From the sequence record NC_028999.1: a stretch of 64,000 nucleotides of DNA; one strand, given 5' to 3'. A program made the translations under genes and the position numbers. The notes under the pieces were generated by a model. It did not search any database and had not been told where the DNA came from. It saw nothing but the letters and a program-made list of their open reading frames with translations. Below are positions 55,547 to 63,549 of this stretch, piece by piece. The first letter of the stretch is position 1; each line of letters begins with the position of its first letter.

Positions 55547-55801
55547 ATGCATGGCAAAAGTAATGATCTGTTCAGTGGTATCTTCGCTAACTTCTTCAAT
55601 ATCGATAAACCCAAGGTAGATACCTGGGTGATTGAGGTTGCTGGGCAACGCTCCACCATTCTCCCAGGTGAGTATCACTCTGAACGAAATGCACGTTTGG
55701 CGTGTGAAATCATCAACATGACCCCAACAACCGAACTGGTGGAAATCTTTGGTCATGGTTCGTGCCGACTGAACCCAGTCAAAACCCAAACCAAAGCTTA
55801 A
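55547..55801 (+). CDS. Hypothetical protein
   Basis: ATG 55547 after AAGGA. Confidence 0.55.
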   Translation: MHGKSNDLFSGIFANFFNIDKPKVDTWVIEVAGQRSTILPGEYHSERNARLACEIINMTPTTELVEIFGHGSCRLNPVKTQTKA

Positions 55802-55838
55802 TCACCAAACTAATTCAATTTAGAAAAAGGAAATTATC

Positions 55839-56234
55839 ATGTCTCAAGTAGCTCGTATGGCCACCGCTCTGCATCAACTCAACATCGCCATGTCTCAGGT
55901 TCAGGAGGCTGCCAAGCAACTGATGAAGGAAGGTGATCCGCGCACCGTGGAAAAGTTCGCGGATGAATACAGCGGCCTGACCTTCCGTGAAGCCCACATC
56001 TACCTCTTGGACTCCGGCACCAAAGTGGCCTACACCATCGAACAACTGAAAGAAGTGCTGTACCTGCAAGACCTGGAATCCATCCACCCGGATCGTAAGG
56101 GGTGGCGGGAAGCCGCCAAGGCTGCATCGCACACCATCCTCGCCATCAAGGAGCTGCGCACTCAGTTCCCTGAGCTAGATGTCCGTTCGGCGAAGCTGAT
56201 CGTCGAAGCCTATCGTGAGGGTCTGTTTGAATAA
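55839..56234 (+). CDS. Protein with ribosomal bL12 (L7/L12) CTD-like motif
   Basis: KAASHTILAIKELRTQFPELDVRSAKLIVE vs bL12 [30 protein letters not shown]. Confidence 0.55.
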   Translation: MSQVARMATALHQLNIAMSQVQEAAKQLMKEGDPRTVEKFADEYSGLTFREAHIYLLDSGTKVAYTIEQLKEVLYLQDLESIHPDRKGWREAAKAASHTILAIKELRTQFPELDVRSAKLIVEAYREGLFE

Positions 56235-56247
56235 CAGCACCAACTGA

Positions 56248-56300
56248 CGGCATAACGCCCCTCCTTCGGGAGGGGCTTATGTCTACTAAATTTTTTTTCA
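56248..56300 (+). terminator. Hairpin with CATA/TATG arms
   Basis: CGGCATA-ac-GCCCCTCC-TTCG-GGAGGGGC-t-TATGTC, T-run further on. Confidence 0.85.
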
Positions 56301-56304
56301 CATC

Positions 56305-56312
56305 TATATTAC
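56305..56312 (+). promoter_or_regulatory. Early promoter (TATATTAC)
   Basis: Exact motif after an AT-rich tract, upstream of small genes. Confidence 0.6.
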
Positions 56313-56357
56313 CTATCTGAGCAATATCCCGCTGGCTCAAGCATGAGGTAAATAAAA

Positions 56358-56498
56358 ATGGGTTGGAAAAGTTATGTTGCCCTGTCATTGGGCGTGGTAC
56401 TGGGCGCCGTGATCTTCGTTGCAATCAGTGAAGATGGTTTACCCGAGCGAATCGAAAACATCGAAGAGGCTGATGCCAGTCCGATCAATATTGAGTGA
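56358..56498 (+). CDS. 46-aa membrane microprotein (absent from the ORF track)
   Basis: GAGGT RBS; MGWKSYVALSLGVVLGAVIFVAISEDGLPERIENIEEADASPINIE. Confidence 0.65.
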   Translation: MGWKSYVALSLGVVLGAVIFVAISEDGLPERIENIEEADASPINIE

Positions 56499-56504
56499 TC
56501 GGTT

Positions 56505-56933
56505 ATGTACAAGAAACTCACCGCACTTAAACGACACTACAGACGAGAGCGTATTCTCGACCTGTTCCTAGATCCGGAAATTAAGGAGAAGCTCGCACAC
56601 ACTCCAATGTTCTGGAGAGGCGAAGAGATCACGTTCTATTGGAACGGATCTGAGCTGCGGTATTATCATCTCGATCGAAATGGGGATTGGCGAGTCCTCA
56701 TTGCAGATGAAGGCTTTCTACACAGCATCAAGATACTTCAGTATGATTTTTGTAAGATCACAGGAATCCCCTATAAGGGACCTGAGATCGATAAGAGCGT
56801 ATCAGTTGATGTAATGCCAGTAAGGACAAGGAATCAATGTAAGGAGGAAGCTGAAGCTCTATTTGGAATGTTTGGTGTTGGTTCACTGTTAGCTCTAACG
56901 AGTTTATATATCTACAAAGCTTGGAAGAGATAA
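56505..56933 (+). CDS. Hypothetical protein with C-terminal TM anchor
   Basis: C-terminus LFGMFGVGSLLALTSLYIYKAWKR. Confidence 0.55.
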   Translation: MYKKLTALKRHYRRERILDLFLDPEIKEKLAHTPMFWRGEEITFYWNGSELRYYHLDRNGDWRVLIADEGFLHSIKILQYDFCKITGIPYKGPEIDKSVSVDVMPVRTRNQCKEEAEALFGMFGVGSLLALTSLYIYKAWKR

Positions 56934-57039
56934 TGTACTCGGGTGTTTATGATTTGTAGCTAGGACTAAAGAATTCGGAGGGAGGCTTTTTATATTCTTT
57001 TATCCTACAGTTCTTTTCTATAAACACCAAGGTATAAAC

Positions 57040-57498
57040 ATGAGCAGCATCATTCGATACAACATCAAGACTGCGAATAAACCGATTCTTGATGTTCTAC
57101 ATCTGTATCTGGGTATTCGTGAAAGAGTCGATGAAGTCAACAAGACTGTAATCGACGGAACTACTGTAGAACTGAACCTAGTCCTGGTAGTAAACCATCG
57201 CTATATCCGAGACTATGATGAGATTGCCGATACATTGGCAAATCTATCAAAAGGAACTCCGTATGAACTCTACATACTGAGTAATCGATTCCTGTTCAGT
57301 TGGATGACTGATAACTTCAATGACCTGGGTGGTTTACAAGAACGTTATCAGACTGTTTTGGAAAGTGATGTCTATGGTACCGTATACGACACCACCAGAG
57401 CACGATACACGAAAACACCGGAATGGCGATCCCCACATTTAGGATGGGCTGAGACCTTTAATCGGGGTTTCAATAGTTTGGTGAGTGTATTTGGATAA
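57040..57498 (+). CDS. Hypothetical protein
   Basis: AAGG RBS, 152 aa, ends at a hairpin. Confidence 0.6.
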   Translation: MSSIIRYNIKTANKPILDVLHLYLGIRERVDEVNKTVIDGTTVELNLVLVVNHRYIRDYDEIADTLANLSKGTPYELYILSNRFLFSWMTDNFNDLGGLQERYQTVLESDVYGTVYDTTRARYTKTPEWRSPHLGWAETFNRGFNSLVSVFG

Positions 57499-57500
57499 GT

Positions 57501-57539
57501 CGGCATAAGCCCCACCCGAAAAGGTGGGGCAATATGTCG
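57501..57539. terminator. Bidirectional hairpin with CATA/TATG arms
   Basis: CGGCATA-a-GCCCCACC-cgaaaa-GGTGGGGC-aa-TATGTCG between convergent genes. Confidence 0.85.
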
Positions 57540-58058
57540 TTAGAAACCAAGAAGTGCTTCTTCTTCTTTGCGTGCCTTTTCACGAATAGCTTCCATGCGT
57601 TCAGTGAATTCTTCCGAAGTCTCAGCGATCACACCGATTTCGTCTTCACCTTCAGCATGGGTAAATTCGCCCAGATCTTCTTGATCGATTTGTGGTTCCA
57701 TACCACGACCATCACCTTCAGTGGCGACGAATGGGTTCTTGTTCTTTGCATTTTGAATAAATGCAGCCATACCAGCCAATAGGTCTGCCGAAGTACGGTT
57801 GGCTTCCTGATCGACACTGATACGCTTGTTAGCGATCGCTGTACGATCCATGGAGTCCATGACCTTAAGCATGGTATCAACAGATTCTTTATCTGTAGGG
57901 ATGGTTCCTACTGGATTGGAGAACGCCAGCTGATGCAGAATGCGTTGTTTGGTATTCTGAGTATACTGGATCTGTTCTTCATAGGTCATGTCCGAGTATT
58001 GCCGTTCAGGCTCTACTGGTACAAATACGTGGGGCTTCTCAGCGGGATACTGTTCCAT
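57540..58058 (-). CDS. Hypothetical protein
   Basis: ATG 58058 with GAGG RBS; helical and acidic. Confidence 0.65.
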   Translation of the reverse strand: MEQYPAEKPHVFVPVEPERQYSDMTYEEQIQYTQNTKQRILHQLAFSNPVGTIPTDKESVDTMLKVMDSMDRTAIANKRISVDQEANRTSADLLAGMAAFIQNAKNKNPFVATEGDGRGMEPQIDQEDLGEFTHAEGEDEIGVIAETSEEFTERMEAIREKARKEEEALLGF

Positions 58059-58132
58059 GGGACACCTCTCGTTGGTAAAAATACCCAACGGAATAACTAT
58101 ATGCCATAAAATGCGGATTGGAGTTCTATACA

Positions 58133-58675
58133 ATGATTACAAGGCTACGCCAATGGTGGCGCGGACTATCGGCAACACCCAAACAAAAGTATACCCGCTG
58201 GCTGGAAGAGATCAATGAAATCCCTACGTTATCAGAGGAACTCCCCGACGCATTAGTTGAGCTCTGGCGGCGAATCGACGTTGATGCAATCAGTCGTCAA
58301 AACCCCCGAGTGATGATGTCAGCCTTCTTCGAGCTGCGTCATGCCAATATCCAGGAATTGATCCAAACCCTACATCAGGTCAATGACCACGTTGCATCGG
58401 GATCAGCTTCTAAGATTGAATACCTATCGAAGAACGATTTCATTAAGCATCGCGAAATGTCCTTGGATAATTATTTCGTGGATGCTGAAAATTACGCTGT
58501 CGATATTAAAGAACATCTATCCCAACTTAAAGACTTGCTGATTACCCATGGTCAGATTCTGGAAATTAAGGAGGAGAGTTTTTATCGTCGCATGTTAGGT
58601 CGCTTATACTTCGATGTACTAGCACTGACAGAAACACTCGTTAAACATATGCAAGAGGGCACCGATATGAAGTAA
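58133..58675 (+). CDS. Hypothetical protein
   Basis: ATG 58133 after GGAG. Confidence 0.6.
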   Translation: MITRLRQWWRGLSATPKQKYTRWLEEINEIPTLSEELPDALVELWRRIDVDAISRQNPRVMMSAFFELRHANIQELIQTLHQVNDHVASGSASKIEYLSKNDFIKHREMSLDNYFVDAENYAVDIKEHLSQLKDLLITHGQILEIKEESFYRRMLGRLYFDVLALTETLVKHMQEGTDMK

Positions 58676-58727
58676 CTGGGAATACGATCACGAAACCTTT
58701 AGTTCAATTCACCGTAGGTGTAAAGCA

Positions 58728-59483
58728 ATGGATTCTATCAAGGACCTTTTGGCTGATCCTCTTAAGGGTACCAAACAGGCTCAGGGCGTTCTGTGTTATT
58801 TGTTTCGTGAAGTGTTGTTATGGCGTAAGATTAATTGGTTTACCTGGAATCGTCGTCAGAAAGCATACTTCGAGAAACCTCACAACGCAGTCAATCCCGA
58901 TAAAGGGAATCTGAATAAAGCGTTGAAGGCTGATGACATGAACTGGCCAGGCTTCAAGAAAGGGATCGACTTCCTTAACCCGGAATCCGCTACCCTGGAA
59001 GTGAAGCTGAACTGGACCCATAAGGAAAGTACGAGCTATGTGATTGTCATCGACCCCACGGAAGATGAGAAAAATCCCACAGTCAATAATTTCCCATGGC
59101 AGGACTGCCCGATCTTCAAAAGTGCTAAACCCGCTGAAACATTGATGTCTCATCTTTTTCGTCACATTGTGGCGGAGGAAGGGAAAGGTGAACCCGACAT
59201 CATGGTCTGGTGGGAGAAGAAGTTCGATGACTACATTAAGAACCCAGTTAATGTAGTTGGCCTGAACCAAAAGGAAATCAACCAAAACATCGCAGCATTG
59301 CGACGTTCGTTGATGGAAGCTCGCATGTCATGGAACGTGTTCCGCCGTGGATTGCATTTGTTGCGGCCTCGCTCGGAGGAATACATTCTGACGCTCCACT
59401 GGACGACAGACCCGGAAATGAAGAAAACATTACCGGACTCGATTCACCCAATCAAGATCGCCGACCCGTACTTTGTGGAATAA
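58728..59483 (+). CDS. Hypothetical protein with internal domain duplication
   Basis: Two copies of L..LFR...W...Y...P.N...L.+.L....M.W..F++G+..L.P. Confidence 0.65.
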   Translation: MDSIKDLLADPLKGTKQAQGVLCYLFREVLLWRKINWFTWNRRQKAYFEKPHNAVNPDKGNLNKALKADDMNWPGFKKGIDFLNPESATLEVKLNWTHKESTSYVIVIDPTEDEKNPTVNNFPWQDCPIFKSAKPAETLMSHLFRHIVAEEGKGEPDIMVWWEKKFDDYIKNPVNVVGLNQKEINQNIAALRRSLMEARMSWNVFRRGLHLLRPRSEEYILTLHWTTDPEMKKTLPDSIHPIKIADPYFVE

Positions 59484-59487
59484 CTCG

Positions 59488-59865
59488 ATGGATAACACAA
59501 TCGACCTCAGCTCCCCTCAATGCCCAGAAGTATTGCAGTTTCATGGAAGCCACCTGAAATGGACTGCGACAGGTAAGGCATTTTACAGCTGGAATGGATT
59601 GCGACTTTACCTGATCACCGGTAAACAACATCCTAAATACCTCGATGGTATCGGACTGGAAGAAGCTGGTGTTGAGAATAAATACGAGTTTGTCGAATCG
59701 CTGTACCAACAGCTGGAAGATGCACTACGTATTAACATCGCGAAGTTTCCTCTGCTGCGCTTGAAGTTGAACAAGCGTACGCGAATCATCTGGACGGCTT
59801 ACGGTATTACTCCGGCTGAAGAGGAATGGGTGAAAATTGTTCAACGCGTAGTGGCGAGCATGTAG
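59488..59865 (+). CDS. Hypothetical protein
   Basis: ATG just after the upstream stop; ends before a hairpin. Confidence 0.55.
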   Translation: MDNTIDLSSPQCPEVLQFHGSHLKWTATGKAFYSWNGLRLYLITGKQHPKYLDGIGLEEAGVENKYEFVESLYQQLEDALRINIAKFPLLRLKLNKRTRIIWTAYGITPAEEEWVKIVQRVVASM

Positions 59866-59871
59866 TTGAAG

Positions 59872-59907
59872 GACATGGGGCGTCTCCGAAAGGGGACGCC
59901 TTATGCC
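59872..59907 (+). terminator. Hairpin with CATG/TATG arms
   Basis: GACATG-g-GGCGTCTCC-GAAA-GGGGACGCC-t-TATGCC. Confidence 0.7.
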
Positions 59908-59952
59908 TCCAATTGTATGACCTATTATTTTTTTGTCTGAACAGGTGTAACC

Positions 59953-61125
59953 ATGCCTACTCTCGCATCAGCTTCCTTTACAGGTATACCAACAGATCCC
60001 GTCAAAACGGTGGATGCCTATAAAGACGTAGTGGACACAACCCTACAGAACACGCTTCAACCTAAAATCTCTGCCTTTGAAATTGGCATGGATGACCTGC
60101 TCGCCAAAACTACCAAAGTTGTAAAAGGTATTGGTAGTAGTTTGTTGGGTAGTGGAGGTATTGACCTCAACCAAGCTAAAGATCGAATCGTTGATGCCTT
60201 AAAAGGCTCCCGTTCGAGCATTGTGTATTTGGGAGAAGCCCTAGAACGTTCGATTAACGAAGAACTCACTGGAACCGATACAGGTACAGGTTACGTCCGC
60301 AAGGCTACGGATATGCTCGATGGCGTAAAAGCCATCATGCAGAACAAAGAGTACTACTTCGAAAATGGAAACTTCCAAGGTGTCAACGGCATCATGGGAT
60401 TCTTGGGAGATCTGACCAATAACTCCATTCTTCGTGCAGTTGACTTGGGTGCCAATGCTGCCATTCTGAAAGGAGTGTTATCCCAGGTATCAGCCTGGGG
60501 GATTCCTGATCTGGTTGATACCACATTCGGGGCATCGTGGAATGACCAGTACAAGCGCTATGATTACCAGTATGACGATAATTTCCGATTCACTGTAGCC
60601 AAGCGTACATCTAAAGATCTCTCGCCGGGCACTGATCTGCTCACCATTGATCGCATCATGGTACATGGTGGAGATATGGCCCTGGTTGCTGAGAACCCAG
60701 ACTTCCCTATCCAACTGCTGAGTTCATACGTGTTCCCAGCTGGTACTGTACCCGGTGGTCCATTCCCAGTAATGATCCCAGATCCAGCTAATCCAAGCGG
60801 CCCTATGATCCCTGACCCGGAAGGTACACAGACCGTACCCAATTACGCGAATGAACTCGCATTGTTGTTGGAGATCATGGATCGCTTGAAACCAGACTGG
60901 TTCTATTACTTGCGTCGAGTATTTATTGATCGGAATGGCGATGGCGATTATTACCGTGATGATAAGGTTTGGAATCTTCGGGTTATTGCTCAAGCTTCTC
61001 AAGATGCAACAACATTACTGTTAACCAGTGATGAGCACCGTGATGCTGTTCTGACTGCTCCGTTTTATAAGGTGGAGAGTGCCACAGCTGAACTCAAAGC
61101 GATGTATCCCTACTTTGCTGAATGA
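59953..61125 (+). CDS. Virion head protein (phiKZ gp174-like)
   Basis: 390 aa; CAGG RBS; synteny next to the prohead protease. Confidence 0.6.
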   Translation: MPTLASASFTGIPTDPVKTVDAYKDVVDTTLQNTLQPKISAFEIGMDDLLAKTTKVVKGIGSSLLGSGGIDLNQAKDRIVDALKGSRSSIVYLGEALERSINEELTGTDTGTGYVRKATDMLDGVKAIMQNKEYYFENGNFQGVNGIMGFLGDLTNNSILRAVDLGANAAILKGVLSQVSAWGIPDLVDTTFGASWNDQYKRYDYQYDDNFRFTVAKRTSKDLSPGTDLLTIDRIMVHGGDMALVAENPDFPIQLLSSYVFPAGTVPGGPFPVMIPDPANPSGPMIPDPEGTQTVPNYANELALLLEIMDRLKPDWFYYLRRVFIDRNGDGDYYRDDKVWNLRVIAQASQDATTLLLTSDEHRDAVLTAPFYKVESATAELKAMYPYFAE

Positions 61126-61158
61126 CAACATAAACGCCTCCCTTCGGGGAGGCTTTAT
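61126..61158 (+). terminator. Hairpin with CATA/TATA arms
   Basis: CAACATA-aac-GCCTCCC-TTCG-GGGAGGC-tt-TATAT. Confidence 0.75.
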
Positions 61159-61178
61159 ATTTGAATGCATCTAAACCC

Positions 61179-61186
61179 TATATCAC
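61179..61186 (+). promoter_or_regulatory. Possible early promoter (TATATCAC, 1 mismatch)
   Basis: Just upstream of the small gene at 61220. Confidence 0.4.
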
Positions 61187-61219
61187 TAACATGAATCCAA
61201 TAACCAAGAGGAAAATACA

Positions 61220-61480
61220 ATGACTGAACGTTTGAAATCGGTATGGGTTGCTTGCTCCCTGTTGCGGACACGGTGGCCCACTATCCAAGATCTTCCGGTC
61301 GGTGAAGACTATCATGTCATCGTTAAAAATGACTCACTGATGGTCTTCAAAGGTCAGACTCCTGTCGGTTCTATGCATAGAACTGATAGCGAGCCACGTA
61401 TCTTCGAGGGGCATACTCTTGAAGAATTTACCAAGGTCGTTCTGGACTTGGAATACGATACCCATGAGGGTCATCGTTAA
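61220..61480 (+). CDS. Small hypothetical protein
   Basis: GAGGA RBS, 86 aa. Confidence 0.6.
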   Translation: MTERLKSVWVACSLLRTRWPTIQDLPVGEDYHVIVKNDSLMVFKGQTPVGSMHRTDSEPRIFEGHTLEEFTKVVLDLEYDTHEGHR

Positions 61481-61482
61481 TG

Positions 61483-61522
61483 CGATATAAAACCCTCCCC
61501 GCCAAGGGAGGGTTTTATGCCG
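61483..61522 (+). terminator. Hairpin with TATG arm
   Basis: CGAT-ATAAAACCCTCCC-cgccaa-GGGAGGGTTTTAT-GCCG. Confidence 0.75.
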
Positions 61523-61609
61523 TTCAGAGTGTTAACGCAAACTGAATGGAGTGGTAACCGCGGTCCCGCTCTCGCAAAAGTACCGTAGACAAAACTAAAA
61601 GGGCCACCC

Positions 61610-61921
61610 ATGAAATGGTCTTTTATCAACGAGCCATTCCGGCGCCTTTTACGGGTGCGGGACGTGGTTTGTAACCGAGATTATTATCTTACTACTGAAG
61701 GTTGGACGCCGGATGAAGTGGATAATACTCTCGCATATAATACGGTAGCAGAGTATAATAAAGCTCTGGCCCGTGCTAAAATGGATGTATTAAACGGTTT
61801 GTTCAGCAACAACGTGTTGTTGGACGGTCTTGATGTAACCCAGGAAGTCATCGACGGTAACGTTAAGCTTGTCAGGTGGCCTCCAAGTTGTGAACTACAT
61901 CACGTGCAGCTAGCTGCCTAA
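61610..61921 (+). CDS. Small hypothetical protein
   Basis: 103 aa; AAGGG RBS. Confidence 0.55.
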   Translation: MKWSFINEPFRRLLRVRDVVCNRDYYLTTEGWTPDEVDNTLAYNTVAEYNKALARAKMDVLNGLFSNNVLLDGLDVTQEVIDGNVKLVRWPPSCELHHVQLAA

Positions 61922-61922
61922 G

Positions 61923-61974
61923 AACATAAAGCCCTCTCCTTCGGGAGAGGGCGATTATGCTTTCTTTTTTTTTT
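61923..61974. terminator. Bidirectional hairpin with CATA/TATG arms
   Basis: AACATA-aa-GCCCTCTCC-TTCG-GGAGAGGGC-gat-TATGC then a T-run; convergent genes. Confidence 0.85.
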
Positions 61975-62812
61975 ATCGTTTCCGCATGTAGTGCGGAATA
62001 CGAGCTGGCTGTTTGCGCGTCCAACCGAGTTGTTCGATCAGTTCGCTTACATCCATATTCGCATCAGACTCCAGACCCAGTGATTTCTGTTTCATTGCCT
62101 GATCCTGCATACCCCAGAGAGTAGCAGGTGTAATGACAACTTCAGTTTCAGCAAAGCTTTCTAGTGCTGGTGACTTATACTTGTTAGCGATGTAAATACC
62201 GCCTTCACCCACAAAGTCCCATGTAGAAATCTCACGGGTGTATTTGATGCCACGCATCATGTCATCTTGAGTAATCGAACGTACCGAACAATAGGTGTTG
62301 ATACTCGGATTATCGAGCGACTCTTTGAAGATATGGCCGAATGGACCGTAAGGCTTGACTTCACCTACGACCATTTTGACCCGACGACCTTCCTCATTGA
62401 TGGTATCAACAATGGACAGTGCACGGATGTGCGCACAGACGCGATCGTCATCGATTTTGCGGATACGTTGCAGATATTCCCGATCAGACAGTTGTCGTTT
62501 AACAACACGACCTTCAACCAGGATTTCTTCCCAGGGTTCAGGATGCTTGAACTCCATGAACAGTACGCCCTTTTTCAGACGACGCATCAGCGGGCTGTCA
62601 GGGTTGAACATGGAGACACCACTGGCTTCGTCATAAAACATACCAGCAGAGTTATGGGTACCATAGGCACCGAGAACGACTGTGTAATAACCGTCCGCAC
62701 TTGGGGCAAGAATGCCCTTCTTGTCAGTACCGGCGAGCATCGTACAACCAATGCGGACTTGGTTGGCTACGTTGTTAGCGCGCTGCGGTTGCGTTCCGAA
62801 TTGCATTTGCAA
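61973..62812 (-). CDS. Prohead (head maturation) serine protease (phiKZ gp175-like)
   Basis: EFKHP, RVCAHI (His), CSVRS (Ser), TWDFV.E motifs of the T4 gp21-type fold; C-terminal ALES/GLES self-cleavage sites; synteny. Confidence 0.85.
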   Translation of the reverse strand: MQMQFGTQPQRANNVANQVRIGCTMLAGTDKKGILAPSADGYYTVVLGAYGTHNSAGMFYDEASGVSMFNPDSPLMRRLKKGVLFMEFKHPEPWEEILVEGRVVKRQLSDREYLQRIRKIDDDRVCAHIRALSIVDTINEEGRRVKMVVGEVKPYGPFGHIFKESLDNPSINTYCSVRSITQDDMMRGIKYTREISTWDFVGEGGIYIANKYKSPALESFAETEVVITPATLWGMQDQAMKQKSLGLESDANMDVSELIEQLGWTRKQPARIPHYMRKR

Positions 62813-62817
62813 CCCCG

Positions 62818-63540
62818 TTAAGTTCTCAAGAGTTCTTCGATTACTTCGACAGACTCACTCGGATTCACCAGAGCAGAGTTGATACTGTCGCTAAAGTAAG
62901 CACCATTAAGTTTCGAGGTTGTATCCGAGGTGTTCCAAATTACCGAGCGGAAAGGCACAGTCACCGGAGGGACCTTACGTACGTCATCGTGGCTGGAAAG
63001 CCTGTGACGATACAACCTAGTCATATCATCCGGATCACGAGCGATAGTGGAGATAATCAGCTCTACGATCGAACGACCACCTAGGTTAACCCCAGCATGT
63101 AGATCAGCTGTCTCAAACATCTTAGCCATGTCGTAATAGTCCATATACCAAGGGATGTTTCCCTTAGAAATGAACTCATCGTACATGTAGTACGCCAAGG
63201 TATCGTTCACAACCAAAGCCGTGGAAAAGAACACCTTATCACCCGCCTCAAACGAGAACTCGTAATAGGGTTCACTCTCGATCACTACCCGTTCTGTAGA
63301 ACTGGGGAGGATCCGCATCATGGCAATGGTGTTCGATACTCCGTAGTATTCTTCATTGAAGATGATCGGGAAGAAACCTAAGATGAAGACCTCCGAACCT
63401 AACACGGCCAGATTCTTCGCTGTGAATCGCTCAGGGATCTGAATTTTACAGGCAGCATTGGTAACTACGCTACCATTCTCTAGTTCAGTGAGGTGCGTGA
63501 GAGCACGAGCAGCATCACGCTTAAGAGATCTTACGTTCAT
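62818..63540 (-). CDS. phiKZ gp176-like protein (reported virion RNAP subunit)
   Basis: 240 aa directly upstream of the protease; assignment from synteny recall only. Confidence 0.5.
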   Translation of the reverse strand: MNVRSLKRDAARALTHLTELENGSVVTNAACKIQIPERFTAKNLAVLGSEVFILGFFPIIFNEEYYGVSNTIAMMRILPSSTERVVIESEPYYEFSFEAGDKVFFSTALVVNDTLAYYMYDEFISKGNIPWYMDYYDMAKMFETADLHAGVNLGGRSIVELIISTIARDPDDMTRLYRHRLSSHDDVRKVPPVTVPFRSVIWNTSDTTSKLNGAYFSDSINSALVNPSESVEVIEELLRT

Positions 63541-63549
63541 AGGAAACCT

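Noticed and set aside
61500-61610. tRNA or structured ncRNA in the intergenic gap
   Set aside because: No cloverleaf or TTCRA T-loop in context and no convincing stem; a small RNA cannot be excluded without data.
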